Assembly (NCBI GenBank): GCA_031411695.1
Contig: JANOBO010000155.1
Location: 827-64,826, forward strand
Reading direction: 5' to 3'
Length of the DNA stretch: 64,000 bases
Source: Verrucomicrobiaceae bacterium
GTDB taxonomy: Bacteria; Verrucomicrobiota; Verrucomicrobiia; Verrucomicrobiales; Verrucomicrobiaceae
Under the pieces are notes generated by a model, which saw only the letters and a program-made list of their open reading frames with translations, was not told the origin of the DNA and did no database searches. The translations under genes and the position numbers were made by a program. Positions 42,571 through 51,930 of the stretch are shown one piece after another; the stretch's first letter is position 1, and each line of letters starts with the position of its first letter.

Positions 42571-43017
42571 CTAAAACACCAAACCCACGATACCACGCGC
42601 CGCGAGCTGGCGGTTCAGTTCCTGCGCGGCTTTGGCTCCTCGCGCGCGCAGCGCCCCGTCGGGCGCGGGAGACTCCGCGAGTTTTGTCCACGACCCGAGC
42701 ATCTCGGCCCACGCTTTCGCAATGTCCTCGGGCAACCCTTCGACAGGGACTTTCGTGAACTTTTCCGCCAGGGACTTCACCGCTTGCCGACGGTCGGCAT
42801 CGGTCTCGACACTTTGCGTTTGATACCATTCCAAGATCTCGCGCATCGAGACAGCGAAGCGGTTCAGCGCCGCCTGCTCCGCGCTCGATTTGAGGATGGC
42901 CTCCTCGCGCTGCTTTCCGCCAGGCTTGCGTTTCTCCTGTTTCTTGTGGCAGGCCGTGGCCGCGAGCGCAAGGCACGCGAGCATAACGGTGGGCGGGAGG
43001 GAGAGCCGAAACCTCAT
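42571..43017 (-). CDS. Small lipoprotein, unknown function
   Basis: 148 aa with the lipobox 'MLACLALAATAC|H' followed by a charged helical sequence. Its stop abuts the family 3 repeat. Confidence 0.7.
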   Translation of the reverse strand: MRFRLSLPPTVMLACLALAATACHKKQEKRKPGGKQREEAILKSSAEQAALNRFAVSMREILEWYQTQSVETDADRRQAVKSLAEKFTKVPVEGLPEDIAKAWAEMLGSWTKLAESPAPDGALRARGAKAAQELNRQLAARGIVGLVF

Positions 43018-43019
43018 CG

Positions 43020-44525
43020 TCAGAGCAGGATGGGTTTCACCACGTTCCCGGCCACGTCCGTGAGCCGGAAGTCGCGGCCCTGAAACGAGAAGATAAACCG
43101 GTCGTGCTGGATGCCCATGAGAAGCATGACCGTGGCGTGGAAGTCGTTCACCGTCACCTTCCCCTCCACGACATCGAAGCCGAACTCATCCGTGGAGCCG
43201 TGGGTGATGCCGGGTTTCACACCCGCGCCCGCCATCCAGCAGGTGAAGGCGTCGCGGTGATGCTCCCGCCCGTACTCGCCGCCTTCTTTTTGCGAGCCCT
43301 GAGAGTATGGGGTGCGGCCGAACTCGGTGACGAACATGACCAGCGTGTCCTTCAGCATGTCCCTCGCTGTCAAATCCTCCAGCAGCGCAGCGGCGGGCCG
43401 GTCAATCTCGCGGGCGCTCACCGAGAAGCCAGCCTTGAGCCCGCCGTGGTGATCCCAGCCCGGATGATAAAGCTGCACGAAGCGCACGCCGCTCTCCGAC
43501 ATGCGTCGTGCGAGCACGCAGTTCCGCGCGAAGCTGCCGGGCGTCTCCACATCGGGACCATAAAGCGCGAGCGTTTCCGGCTTCTCACCGGCGAGATCGA
43601 TCAGGCCGGGCACGGAGGCCTGCATGCGGAAGGCCATTTCGTATTGCTCGATGCGCGCGTCGATCTCCGCCTCGCCTCGGCGCGCCAGTTCGTCCTGCTG
43701 CACCTCGCGCAGGCGGTCGAGCATCTTGCGGTGCAGCGTCTGCGGGATGCCGGGCGGATTATTCAGAAACAACACAGGCTCCGCTCCCGCGCGGAACGGC
43801 ACGGCCTGATGTTGCGATGGCAAAAAGCCGCTGTCCCAAAGCCGCGACGAGAGCGGCTGGTCGGCGATCTTCTTCGTCACCAGCACGATGAAGGCAGGGA
43901 GGTTTTCGTTCTCGGAGCCGAGCCCGTAGCTGATCCAGGAGCCCATGGTGGGGCGGCCGGGAAGCTGGCTGCCGCTGTTGATGTAAATGATGGCGGGATC
44001 GTGATTCACCGCCTCGGACACCATGCCCTTGAGGAAGCAGATCTTGTCGGCCTGCCCGGCCAGATGCGGAAAGCGGTCGCTGAACCACGCGCCGCTCTGG
44101 CCGTGTTGTTTGAAATCAAACGCCGTGCCTTGCATGGGAAACGACGCCTGCAGCTTCGACATGCCCAGGGGCTTGCGGCCGTTGAAGACCGAGGCGGGCA
44201 GAGGCTCCAGCTCGCGCTTTTTGAGCACCGGCTTGCAGTCAAAAGAATCGAGCTGCGACATGCCCCCGCTCATGAACAGGCAGATCACGCGCTTGGCCTT
44301 TGGCGCAAAGTGCGGCAGCGATGCGAGCTTCGCGTGCGCGGACGACTCACCACCGAGCAAGCTGGCCAACGCCGCGCCCGCGACGCCGTAGCCGCCACGC
44401 AGGAGAACATCGCGGCGGCCCAGCCGGGGGTCAGGCCTGCCGGCTGACAACGGATCATGGCTTGGATGGCTGGCATCCTTGCGCGTGGGTCGGTTTCTGT
44501 TTCGGCTCATGTCACTCGTCTTCAA
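43020..44525 (-). CDS. DUF1501 domain protein (sulfatase-fold, Tat-signal)
   Basis: 501 aa with the Tat-like motif 'GRRDVLLRGGYGVAGAALA'. 'VICLFMSGGMSQLDSFDCKP', 'YHPGWDHH' and 'FGRTP' are present. Its ATG overlaps the stop of the upstream PSCyt gene (ATGA). Confidence 0.92.
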   Translation of the reverse strand: MKTSDMSRNRNRPTRKDASHPSHDPLSAGRPDPRLGRRDVLLRGGYGVAGAALASLLGGESSAHAKLASLPHFAPKAKRVICLFMSGGMSQLDSFDCKPVLKKRELEPLPASVFNGRKPLGMSKLQASFPMQGTAFDFKQHGQSGAWFSDRFPHLAGQADKICFLKGMVSEAVNHDPAIIYINSGSQLPGRPTMGSWISYGLGSENENLPAFIVLVTKKIADQPLSSRLWDSGFLPSQHQAVPFRAGAEPVLFLNNPPGIPQTLHRKMLDRLREVQQDELARRGEAEIDARIEQYEMAFRMQASVPGLIDLAGEKPETLALYGPDVETPGSFARNCVLARRMSESGVRFVQLYHPGWDHHGGLKAGFSVSAREIDRPAAALLEDLTARDMLKDTLVMFVTEFGRTPYSQGSQKEGGEYGREHHRDAFTCWMAGAGVKPGITHGSTDEFGFDVVEGKVTVNDFHATVMLLMGIQHDRFIFSFQGRDFRLTDVAGNVVKPILL

Positions 44526-47500
44526 TAGCTCGACACAAACGCGTCGCTGCTGATCAATGCGCGCGTCATCAACATCGTGGCGGCGATCTCAACTGCGGCG
44601 AGTTTCTCATCCGGCTTGGATGCGCCGGTGTTTGCCAGCAGCGTGGCAGCATCGTTCGGGTTCTTCGTGTAAAAATCGCGCGCCTCATCGATCAGCGCGC
44701 TCATCGACTTTTGCTGCGCCTCTGAGGGTGGCTGCGCGGTCAGCGCACGAAACGCATCGCGCACGCGGGCGTCCTGCCGCGCTGCTTCGGGATGAGCGCG
44801 CACGAGCTTTTCCGCGAGCACGCGCGCGGCCTCGAGAAAGCCGGTGTCATCCATCAAGGCCAGTGCTTGAAGCGGCGTGAGCGTGGACTCGCGGCGCACG
44901 AGGCAGAACTCACGCGTCGGGGCGTCAAACACGCTCATCATCGGCGGCGGGCAGGTGCGGCGCCAGAAGGTGTAGAGGCTGCGGCGGTACAATTTGTCGC
45001 CCGTGTCCTGCTGGTACACATGCTGCGTGCCGCTGTCCTCCCAGAGGCCGGCGGGTTGATACGGCTTCACGCTCGGGCCGCCGATGGCAGGATTGATCAA
45101 CCCGCTGGCGACTAGCGCGGCATCACGCACCTGCTCCGCTGGCAGACGGAAACGCGGACCGCGCGCGAGCAGCCGGTTTTCGGGATCATTCCGGATCAGC
45201 GCAGGATCTGCAGGCAGCGACGACTGCCGGTAGGTCTGCGACAAGGCGATCTCGCGGCACAGCGCCTTGATGTCCCAGCCGCTCTCGATGAGGCGGAGCG
45301 CCAGCCAGTCGAGCAGCGCGGGATTTGATGGCACGCGGCCCTGAAGCCCGAAGTCTTCCTGCGTGGCGACGATGCCTCTGCCGAAAAACATCGCCCAGAT
45401 GCGGTTCGCCTCCACACGCGCGGTCAGCGGATTTCGCGCATCAGTCATCCATTGCGCGAGACCCCGACGATCCTGCGGCGCGTCTTTTGGAAACGGCAGC
45501 AGCGCGCCCGGAGTGGCTGGTTGCACGGTCTCCCCATGCTGCCGGAAATCGCCGCGCTCGAGCATCGGCGTGGCGCGGCGCGGCCCGTGCATCTCGCCCA
45601 TGACCATCAGCTCGGTGAGCTGCGTGGAGAACTCGTTCTCCGACTGCCGCGCGCGTGTGAGTTTCTCCAGCGCCGACTTTGCCGGTGGGTCGATCTCCCG
45701 CGCAAACCAGTCCAGCCATGCGGGATCGTCCGCCTTCACCTGCACGCCGGCGAGCATCGCCACCTCGGCGGCGGACAGCTCGGCATCGTAGGCGCGCAGC
45801 TCGTCCAAGGCGGCACCACGCAGGCTGCTGTCGAGATTTCGTCCGCCGACCTGCAGCATGACGGCCTCACCGCCGGTGGCATCGGCGACCTTGAGCGTGT
45901 CGAGATCACCCCACTCGGGGAGGTAGTCGATGTCCTTGTACAAATGGTCGCGCACGGTCTTCACCGGCATCTGCCTGCCATCGACGTAAAGCCTCATGCC
46001 GGCGGCGCGGCTGGAGCCGTCGTAGGTGAAGCCAATGTGGCGCCACTCGCGGAAGTCGAGTTCATCCGGCACCTGCACGCGGATGGCATTGCCAGGATAA
46101 AAATGGCCGAGCGTCGCGGTCAGCCTGCCTTCCTCAAACGTGATCTCGTAGCCGCGGTTCGCCGCATCGAGCCCGCCGCGCGTGCGGTGGAGGATGACGC
46201 CTTTCTCCGGCGCCTTCTCGCAGCGCAGCCAGAAGGAAAACGTAAACGGCTGCCAGCGGAGATAGTGCGCCAGCTTCGGCACGCCGTATTTCTTCGGCTT
46301 GTCCTTCGGAAACACGCACGCCATGCCGAAGCGGCCCCGCGCATCCTCCGCCGTCATGAAGGTGCCGCTGCCGCCGAGTGCCGGAGCATTGTCCGGGAGG
46401 AACTCGCGCGTCTTCGCGTTCACCAGATCGAAGCTCTGGTAAAGCTCCGGCGTGCGCGGCGGCGTGGGCGTCCTCACCGTCTGCCCGCTGGTGGCGAGCG
46501 AGGCCCAAAGACCCTCCCCGGTGCCGGGCGGGAGGCGCGTCTTCAGCCAACCGGGGAAGCGCTCCGCCGACTGGCTGCGCGCCTGCTGAAACGATTCCTC
46601 CGCACGCCGCACCGCGAGCTTGAGCTTCTCGTGCTCCGCCTGCTGCCCGGGCTTGTACACGAAGGCGGTGGGCGCGGGCACGCCGTTGCTGAAACGGGAG
46701 AAGAGCCCGAGCTCGTCGATGTTGTTCACGAACGCGGCGAACTGGTAATACTCCTTCCGCGTGAAGGGATCGTACTTGTGATCGTGACAGCGGCTGCACT
46801 CCAGCGTGAGGCCGAGCACGGCGGTGGCGGTGGTCTTCACGCGATCAAACACCTGATCCCAGCGATACTCATCAGGATCGCTGCCGGACTCGTTCGACTG
46901 CACGGAGAGCCGGTGAAACGCGGTGGCGACGACTTGGTCCTGCGTGGCATTTGGCAGCATGTCGCCGGCCATCTGCCATTGGATGAACTTGTCGTAGGGC
47001 AGGTTCTCGTTGAACGCGCGGATGACCCAGTCGCGCCAAGGCCACACCTCGGAGTCAGCGTCCTCGTGCCGGCCATAAGTGTCGCCGTAGCGCGCGGCAT
47101 CGAGCCAGACGGCTGCCATGCGCTCGCCAAAGTGCGGGCTGCGCAAGAGGCGGTCCACCTCGGCGGAATGCGACGGATCACTCGGATTTGCAGTCTGAGG
47201 CGCACGGGCAAATGCATCCAACTCCTCCAACGTCGGCGCTAGGCCGGTGAGGGCGAGGCTCACACGCCGCAGCCATTGCGCGCGGTCCGCCTCACGCGCG
47301 GGCTGGATTCCCTTCTTGGACAAAGCGTCGCGCACGAGCGCATCGATGGGATGCGCGGCACCCGGCACCGTCGGGATGACAGGTTGTTCAGGCGCGATGA
47401 AGGCCCAGTGATTCTCGTACTTCGCACCTTGGGCGATCCAGCGGCGCAGGAGGTTTTTCTCCGCATCACTCAGCGCATCGTGCTTCTCCGGCGGCGGCAT

Positions 47501-47968
47501 GACCTCTTCCTCGTCCGTTGATGTGATGCGCTCGATCAGCTTGCTGGCCGCAATGTCGCAAGGGACGACAGCCTTGCGTTCGCGCGCCACCGCGCCGTCA
47601 TCGAGCCGCAGCTTGCCTTTTCGCTTCGCCGCATCGGCGCCGTGACAGGCCAGGCACTTCGCTGCGAGCAGCGGCCGCACCTCGAAATTGTACGACACCA
47701 TCGGCTCGTCACCGCGTGAGGGAGCGGCAGACAAGACCAAAGCGCCACAGACAGTCGCAAGCGTCCGAATCAGGGTGCGGACCGGGCGGTGTGAGTGCGT
47801 TGCATTTGAGAAACTGCCGGGGGTGCGTTTCAAAGGGGGTGCCGGAAGTGTGCTGGAAGACGAACTCGCCGCAACCTGATTTGTCGTCACGTTTTGCCCG
47901 CGCTGGTAAATGTGCGCGCGCACCTCATCACGGCCGCGAGGCACGCGGGCAATTTCTCTTTGACCCAT
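44522..47968 (-). CDS. PSCyt1 / DUF1549 (PSCyt2) / LamG / DUF1553 (PSD1) multidomain protein
   Basis: 'CLACHGADAAKRKGKLRLDD' (Planctomycete cytochrome c), 'LRRVSLALTGLAPTLEELDAF...LLRSPHFGERMAAVWLD' and 'CSRCHDHKYDPFTRKEYYQ' are present. The track ORF runs to 48412 but would overlap lpxC. Candidate starts are ATG 47968, GTG 47890 or ATG 47701. Confidence 0.9.
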   Translation of the reverse strand: MGQREIARVPRGRDEVRAHIYQRGQNVTTNQVAASSSSSTLPAPPLKRTPGSFSNATHSHRPVRTLIRTLATVCGALVLSAAPSRGDEPMVSYNFEVRPLLAAKCLACHGADAAKRKGKLRLDDGAVARERKAVVPCDIAASKLIERITSTDEEEVMPPPEKHDALSDAEKNLLRRWIAQGAKYENHWAFIAPEQPVIPTVPGAAHPIDALVRDALSKKGIQPAREADRAQWLRRVSLALTGLAPTLEELDAFARAPQTANPSDPSHSAEVDRLLRSPHFGERMAAVWLDAARYGDTYGRHEDADSEVWPWRDWVIRAFNENLPYDKFIQWQMAGDMLPNATQDQVVATAFHRLSVQSNESGSDPDEYRWDQVFDRVKTTATAVLGLTLECSRCHDHKYDPFTRKEYYQFAAFVNNIDELGLFSRFSNGVPAPTAFVYKPGQQAEHEKLKLAVRRAEESFQQARSQSAERFPGWLKTRLPPGTGEGLWASLATSGQTVRTPTPPRTPELYQSFDLVNAKTREFLPDNAPALGGSGTFMTAEDARGRFGMACVFPKDKPKKYGVPKLAHYLRWQPFTFSFWLRCEKAPEKGVILHRTRGGLDAANRGYEITFEEGRLTATLGHFYPGNAIRVQVPDELDFREWRHIGFTYDGSSRAAGMRLYVDGRQMPVKTVRDHLYKDIDYLPEWGDLDTLKVADATGGEAVMLQVGGRNLDSSLRGAALDELRAYDAELSAAEVAMLAGVQVKADDPAWLDWFAREIDPPAKSALEKLTRARQSENEFSTQLTELMVMGEMHGPRRATPMLERGDFRQHGETVQPATPGALLPFPKDAPQDRRGLAQWMTDARNPLTARVEANRIWAMFFGRGIVATQEDFGLQGRVPSNPALLDWLALRLIESGWDIKALCREIALSQTYRQSSLPADPALIRNDPENRLLARGPRFRLPAEQVRDAALVASGLINPAIGGPSVKPYQPAGLWEDSGTQHVYQQDTGDKLYRRSLYTFWRRTCPPPMMSVFDAPTREFCLVRRESTLTPLQALALMDDTGFLEAARVLAEKLVRAHPEAARQDARVRDAFRALTAQPPSEAQQKSMSALIDEARDFYTKNPNDAATLLANTGASKPDEKLAAVEIAATMLMTRALISSDAFVSSY

Positions 47969-47996
47969 CCAGCCGACAAGGCTAACAACCGCGCCT

Positions 47997-49319
47997 ATGC
48001 CCGCCGCCTCCGACCGCCAGCACACCTTGGCGAAGCCCGCTTCACTGACGGGCACCTCGCTGCATACCGGTGAGCAGGTCACGATCACCCTGCAGCCCGC
48101 GCCGGAGGATTTTGGCATCAAATTCCGCCGCATCGACCTCGAGGACAAGCCCTTCATCCCCGCGCTGGTCGAGAAGGTGCAGAAGGTCGAGCGCGCCACC
48201 ACCATCGCCGAGGGCGGCGTGAACGTGCACACCGTCGAGCACGTGCTCTCCGCGCTCTGCGCCATGGGCGTGGACAATGCGATCATCGAGATGGATGCGA
48301 ACGAGCCGCCCATCGTCGATGGCAGCGCGCTGCCGTTTGTGGAACTGATCAAGAAGGCCGGCCTGCAGGAGCAAAAGGAAGCGCGGCGTGTGTTTGAGAT
48401 CCGCGAGCCCATCTACCAGGAGACGCGCGACGGCACCATCCTGCACATCGTGCCGGACAAAAAGTTCCGCATCTCCTGCACCAATGTCGGCCCCGGCGGC
48501 AAGCACACGCAGTATTTCTCCACCGAGATCACGCCGGAGATCTACGAGAAGGAGATCGCCCCCGCGCGCACTTTTGTTTATTACGAGGACATCGCGCCGC
48601 TGCTGGAGAAGGGCCTGATCAAAGGCGGCACGCTCGAGGCCGCCGTCGTCATTCGCGGCGACACTTTGCTCTCCAAACAGCCGCTGCGTTTCCCGGACGA
48701 GTTCGTGCGGCACAAGATCCTCGACATCGTGGGCGATCTCATGCTCTCCGGGAAGCGCATCCTCGGACACGTCATCGCCGTGCGGCCCGGTCACGGACCG
48801 AACGCCGAGCTGGCCCGCGCCGTCGTGAAGCAATACACCGAGATGCGGGCCATGGTGCCCGCCACCGTCCATATCCCCGGTGGTGAGGCCGTGCTGGACG
48901 TCGCTGAGATCATGCGAATCCTCCCGCATCGCTATCCATTCCTGATGGTGGACCGCATCGTCGGCTTCGAAGGCGAGAACAAATGCACCGGCGTGAAGTG
49001 CGTGACGATCAACGAGCCGTACTTCCAAGGTCACTTCCCCGGCCATCCCATCATGCCCGGCGTGCTGCAGCTCGAGGCCATGGCCCAGGTCGCCAGCATC
49101 GCCGTGCTGCGCAAACCGGAGTACCAAGGCAAGATCGGCTACTTCATGAGCGCCAACGAGGTGAAATGGCGCAAGCCCGTGATGCCCGGCGACATCCTCT
49201 TCATCGAGACTGAAATCATCAAGACCCGTCGCGTCGTCGCCCAAGCCAAAGGCCGCTGCATCGTGAACGGCCAGGTCGTGAGCGAGGCGGATTTGATGTT
49301 CACTTTGGTTGATCGCTAG
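47997..49319 (+). CDS. lpxC: Bifunctional UDP-3-O-acyl-GlcNAc deacetylase / 3-hydroxyacyl-ACP dehydratase (LpxC-FabZ fusion)
   Basis: The LpxC part shows 'GTSLHTGEQVTITLQPAP', 'TVEHVLSAL' and 'HKILDIVGDL'. The FabZ part shows 'LPHRYPFLMVDRIV' and 'YFQGHFPGHPIMPGVLQLEAMAQ'. Confidence 0.95.
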   Translation: MPAASDRQHTLAKPASLTGTSLHTGEQVTITLQPAPEDFGIKFRRIDLEDKPFIPALVEKVQKVERATTIAEGGVNVHTVEHVLSALCAMGVDNAIIEMDANEPPIVDGSALPFVELIKKAGLQEQKEARRVFEIREPIYQETRDGTILHIVPDKKFRISCTNVGPGGKHTQYFSTEITPEIYEKEIAPARTFVYYEDIAPLLEKGLIKGGTLEAAVVIRGDTLLSKQPLRFPDEFVRHKILDIVGDLMLSGKRILGHVIAVRPGHGPNAELARAVVKQYTEMRAMVPATVHIPGGEAVLDVAEIMRILPHRYPFLMVDRIVGFEGENKCTGVKCVTINEPYFQGHFPGHPIMPGVLQLEAMAQVASIAVLRKPEYQGKIGYFMSANEVKWRKPVMPGDILFIETEIIKTRRVVAQAKGRCIVNGQVVSEADLMFTLVDR

Positions 49320-49343
49320 TCGCCTTCGCACTCGCACTCTTCC

Positions 49344-49793
49344 ATGAACAGCCTCTACGAGATTCCAGCGGACATCTACGAGAGTGTCCATGAGGCAATT
49401 CTTGCCATCGTTAATGCCAGCCAGGTCAACGACGACGTACTTTGTGCCTCGCACTACGAGCGGCTCCGTGAGTTTTGCGAGCAGCAGACCGCAGCCGGCC
49501 GCGGTTCAGGCTTTATGTGGGAAGCACTTGCCGACGTGACCGACGATTCTGAAGAGCGTTTAGCCTTCTATGAGCGTTCTCTTGCGTTAGCGCGCTATAA
49601 CGCCGAGCCAACGCAAACGACCTTGCTGGCTATCGGTCAACTCCACGCCGAGGTCGGCGACTGGTTGCGTGCCGAACATCTGTTGATTGCAGCTCGGCGG
49701 GAGGCGATTGCTGCCGACGATCTAGACACCGAGGGTGAGGCCGCTTTGATGTTACTCCAAGTCCCAATCAATGATGCTTCAAGTGACGAATGA
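49344..49793 (+). CDS. Hypothetical acidic helical (TPR-like) protein inserted between lpxC-fabZ and lpxA
   Basis: 149 aa with no signal peptide. 'RLAFYERSLALARYNAEP...LLAIGQLHAEVGDWLRAEHLL' is TPR-like. It looks slightly AT-richer than its neighbours by eye. Confidence 0.65.
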   Translation: MNSLYEIPADIYESVHEAILAIVNASQVNDDVLCASHYERLREFCEQQTAAGRGSGFMWEALADVTDDSEERLAFYERSLALARYNAEPTQTTLLAIGQLHAEVGDWLRAEHLLIAARREAIAADDLDTEGEAALMLLQVPINDASSDE

Positions 49794-49845
49794 ATGAGCT
49801 GTTGCCAGAACTGTATCGAGATGGATTGAGCGTGTTGTTTTCCAT

Positions 49846-49880
49846 CATTCGTCATTCTGCATTCGTCATTCGTCATTCCT
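49846..49880. repeat. Five tandem heptamers CATTC[GC][TG] ending 6 nt before the lpxA ATG
   Basis: cattcgt cattctg cattcgt cattcgt cattcct, at 49846-49880. Confidence 0.85.
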
Positions 49881-49886
49881 GATCCC

Positions 49887-50678
49887 ATGCCCATCCACCC
49901 CACCGCAATCATCGATCCCACAGCGCGCATCGGCAGCGATGTCGAGATCGGACCGTACTCGATCATCGGCGCTGATGTCGAGATCGGTGACGGCACCTGG
50001 ATTCAACATCACGTCACGATTCTCGGCCCGACGAAGATCGGGAAGGGGAATCGCTTCTTCGCCAGCGGCTCCATCGGCCAGCAGTCGCAGGATTTGAAGT
50101 ACAAGTCCGAGCCGACCTATCTCGAAATCGGCGACGACAACACCTTCCGCGAGTTTTGCACCGTGCATCGCGCCACGTCGCCGGAAGGGAAGACCATCGT
50201 GGGCAGCCACAATCACTTCCTCGCCTACTGCCACATCGCGCACGACTGCATCGTCGGGAGCCATTGCATCTTCTCAAACAACGGCACGCTCGCCGGTCAC
50301 GTGACAGTCGAGGATCATGTCATTCTCGGCGGCCTCACCGCCGTGCATCAGTTCTGCCGCATCGGCCAGCACAGCTTCACCGGCGGCTGCTCGAAGATCG
50401 TGCAGGACATCCCGCCATTCACGACGGTGGATGGCAATCCAGCGCGCGCGCGCGGGCTGAACGAGACCGGCCTCAAGCGCCGCGGCTGCAACGAGGCGCA
50501 GATCAAGGCCCTCTATTCCGCGTATCGCACGCTGTATCGCAAAGGCTTGAACACCAGCCAGGCCATCTCCGAGATCCGCGCAAAACCGATGACCCACGAG
50601 GTCGGCGCGTTCGTGACTTTCATCGAGGCCGCCAGACGCGGCTTCGTGAACGCCGGCAAAGACAACGCCGGAGAGTGA
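49887..50678 (+). CDS. lpxA: Acyl-ACP--UDP-N-acetylglucosamine O-acyltransferase
   Basis: It has left-handed beta-helix hexapeptide repeats ('IHPTAIIDPTARIGSDVEIGPYSIIGADVEIGDGT') and 'LKRRGCNEAQIKALYSAYRTLYR' (LpxA C-terminal helical domain). Confidence 0.95.
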   Translation: MPIHPTAIIDPTARIGSDVEIGPYSIIGADVEIGDGTWIQHHVTILGPTKIGKGNRFFASGSIGQQSQDLKYKSEPTYLEIGDDNTFREFCTVHRATSPEGKTIVGSHNHFLAYCHIAHDCIVGSHCIFSNNGTLAGHVTVEDHVILGGLTAVHQFCRIGQHSFTGGCSKIVQDIPPFTTVDGNPARARGLNETGLKRRGCNEAQIKALYSAYRTLYRKGLNTSQAISEIRAKPMTHEVGAFVTFIEAARRGFVNAGKDNAGE

Positions 50679-50723
50679 AGGCTCGTGTCCAGGCTCCGGG
50701 CGTGGCCGTACAGGAGTGCCGCA

Positions 50724-51222
50724 TCACTTCGATTCCAACGTGGCCTTCGCGCCAAAGGATTTAACCGAGCCGCTCGTGAGCGCGGCCTTTGCCTTCGCGT
50801 CGTCCTTCAAATAGGCGTCCCAAAACGACAGCGTCGCCGCCTTCACCGGAGGCGCGAACGCATTGTCGCGTCCGCCGTAGCCACCGAAGGACACGTGGTT
50901 CGCGCCGTCGATGAAGAGCAGGTGTTTGTCTCCCGCCGGGCTGCGCGCATAGGGTTCCTTTTTCCACTCCGGTTCCTGTCCGCCCGCGCCTTTGTCCGCA
51001 GACCCTGTCATCGTCATCATGGGCAGCGTGAGCTTGCTCCAGCTATTCTCCGTGAGCCCCTGCTGGCCGATGCCTCGCGCGCTCATCGGCTGGATGCAGC
51101 GCGCGCGTCCTTGAAGCTCCGCGCCTTTTCATCGCCCATGTCCACCGTCACGCCCCGAAGAAGGGAGGCGGTGTAAGCGGGAATGACGAGCGACAGCAGG
51201 ACTAGCAGACAAAGTGTTTCAT
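50724..51222 (-). pseudogene. Remnant of a secreted alpha/beta-hydrolase (dienelactone hydrolase / PAF-AH-like); only the C-terminal third is intact
   Basis: The 120-aa ORF (50724..51086) has 'LPMMTMTGSADKG' and 'LLFIDGANHVSFGG' (Asp and His regions) but no GxSxG nucleophile segment. Upstream at 51222, ATG AAA CAC TTT GTC TGC TAG stops at once, and a signal-peptide-like LCLLVLLSLVIPAYTAS is readable only in another frame. Confidence 0.4.
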
Positions 51223-51486
51223 AGGATCAGCGCGGCCTGAGTCCGAGGTAGCCACCATCATCATGGAGGGTTTCAAAATGACAGCGCGCGCACGCCGCTG
51301 TTCACGCCCCCGGCCCCCATGCGGACCGACGACTCAACTCACACGGCACCAACGGCCGAGATCATGCCAAAAAATCCAAGAGCGGATGGAAAGTGAACTC
51401 GCTTCTCGGTGACGGATGTGTGGAAACCTTGCGCCGCACGATGAAAAGACTTTACAGTCCCGCGCGGCGTCCGATAGCCTCGCAGC

Positions 51487-51903
51487 ATGAAAACAAAAAC
51501 ATCCCCGTCGGCGCAAAGTGACAACCTTCCAGTCTCAAAACAAACCGTGGGAGGCGTGACGGGGGCGATCCTCGGAGGCGTCGCCGCCGGTCCGCTCGGT
51601 GCGCTGGCTGGCGCTATTGCCGGTACCGTGATGGGGAACCGCTCTGCGGCTGGCAAGCCCATGCTGCCACCCGGCACAGTGAAAAAGGCGGAGGCTGCCG
51701 CCAAATCGGCAGTGAAAAAACTTCCCTCTCTCCCCAGCAAAACGAAGGTGCGCAAGGCCGCGGCAAAAGTGGTGACTGCCGTGAAAAAGAAAGCCGCCTC
51801 CGTGACGAAGGACGTGAAGAAGACCGCAGCGTCCGCGGAGAAGAGCGTGAAGAAGGCGCTGCCGAAAACGAAGAAGAAAGCCACGAAGCGCGGCAAGGCG
51901 TGA
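51487..51903 (+). CDS. Glycine-zipper + Lys/Ala-rich (histone H1-like tail) small protein
   Basis: 138 aa with 'GGVTGAILGGVAAGPLGALAGAIAGTVMG', followed by ~85 aa of K/A/V/T repeats (VKKAEAAAKSAVKK...KKKATKRGKA). I prefer it over the overlapping 248-aa minus ORF, whose Phe-rich sequence is the complement of the Lys codons. Confidence 0.7.
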   Translation: MKTKTSPSAQSDNLPVSKQTVGGVTGAILGGVAAGPLGALAGAIAGTVMGNRSAAGKPMLPPGTVKKAEAAAKSAVKKLPSLPSKTKVRKAAAKVVTAVKKKAASVTKDVKKTAASAEKSVKKALPKTKKKATKRGKA

Positions 51904-51930
51904 TGCAACCCCGGCAAGGCGGCCGCGCGT

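Noticed and set aside
47969-48412. The N-terminal extension of the PSCyt ORF (the track start is at 48412).
   Set aside because: It would overlap the lpxC-fabZ coding region by >400 nt on the opposite strand. The signal-peptide-like segment (LIRTLATVCGALVLSAAP) lies far downstream, so a start at or after 47968 is more plausible.
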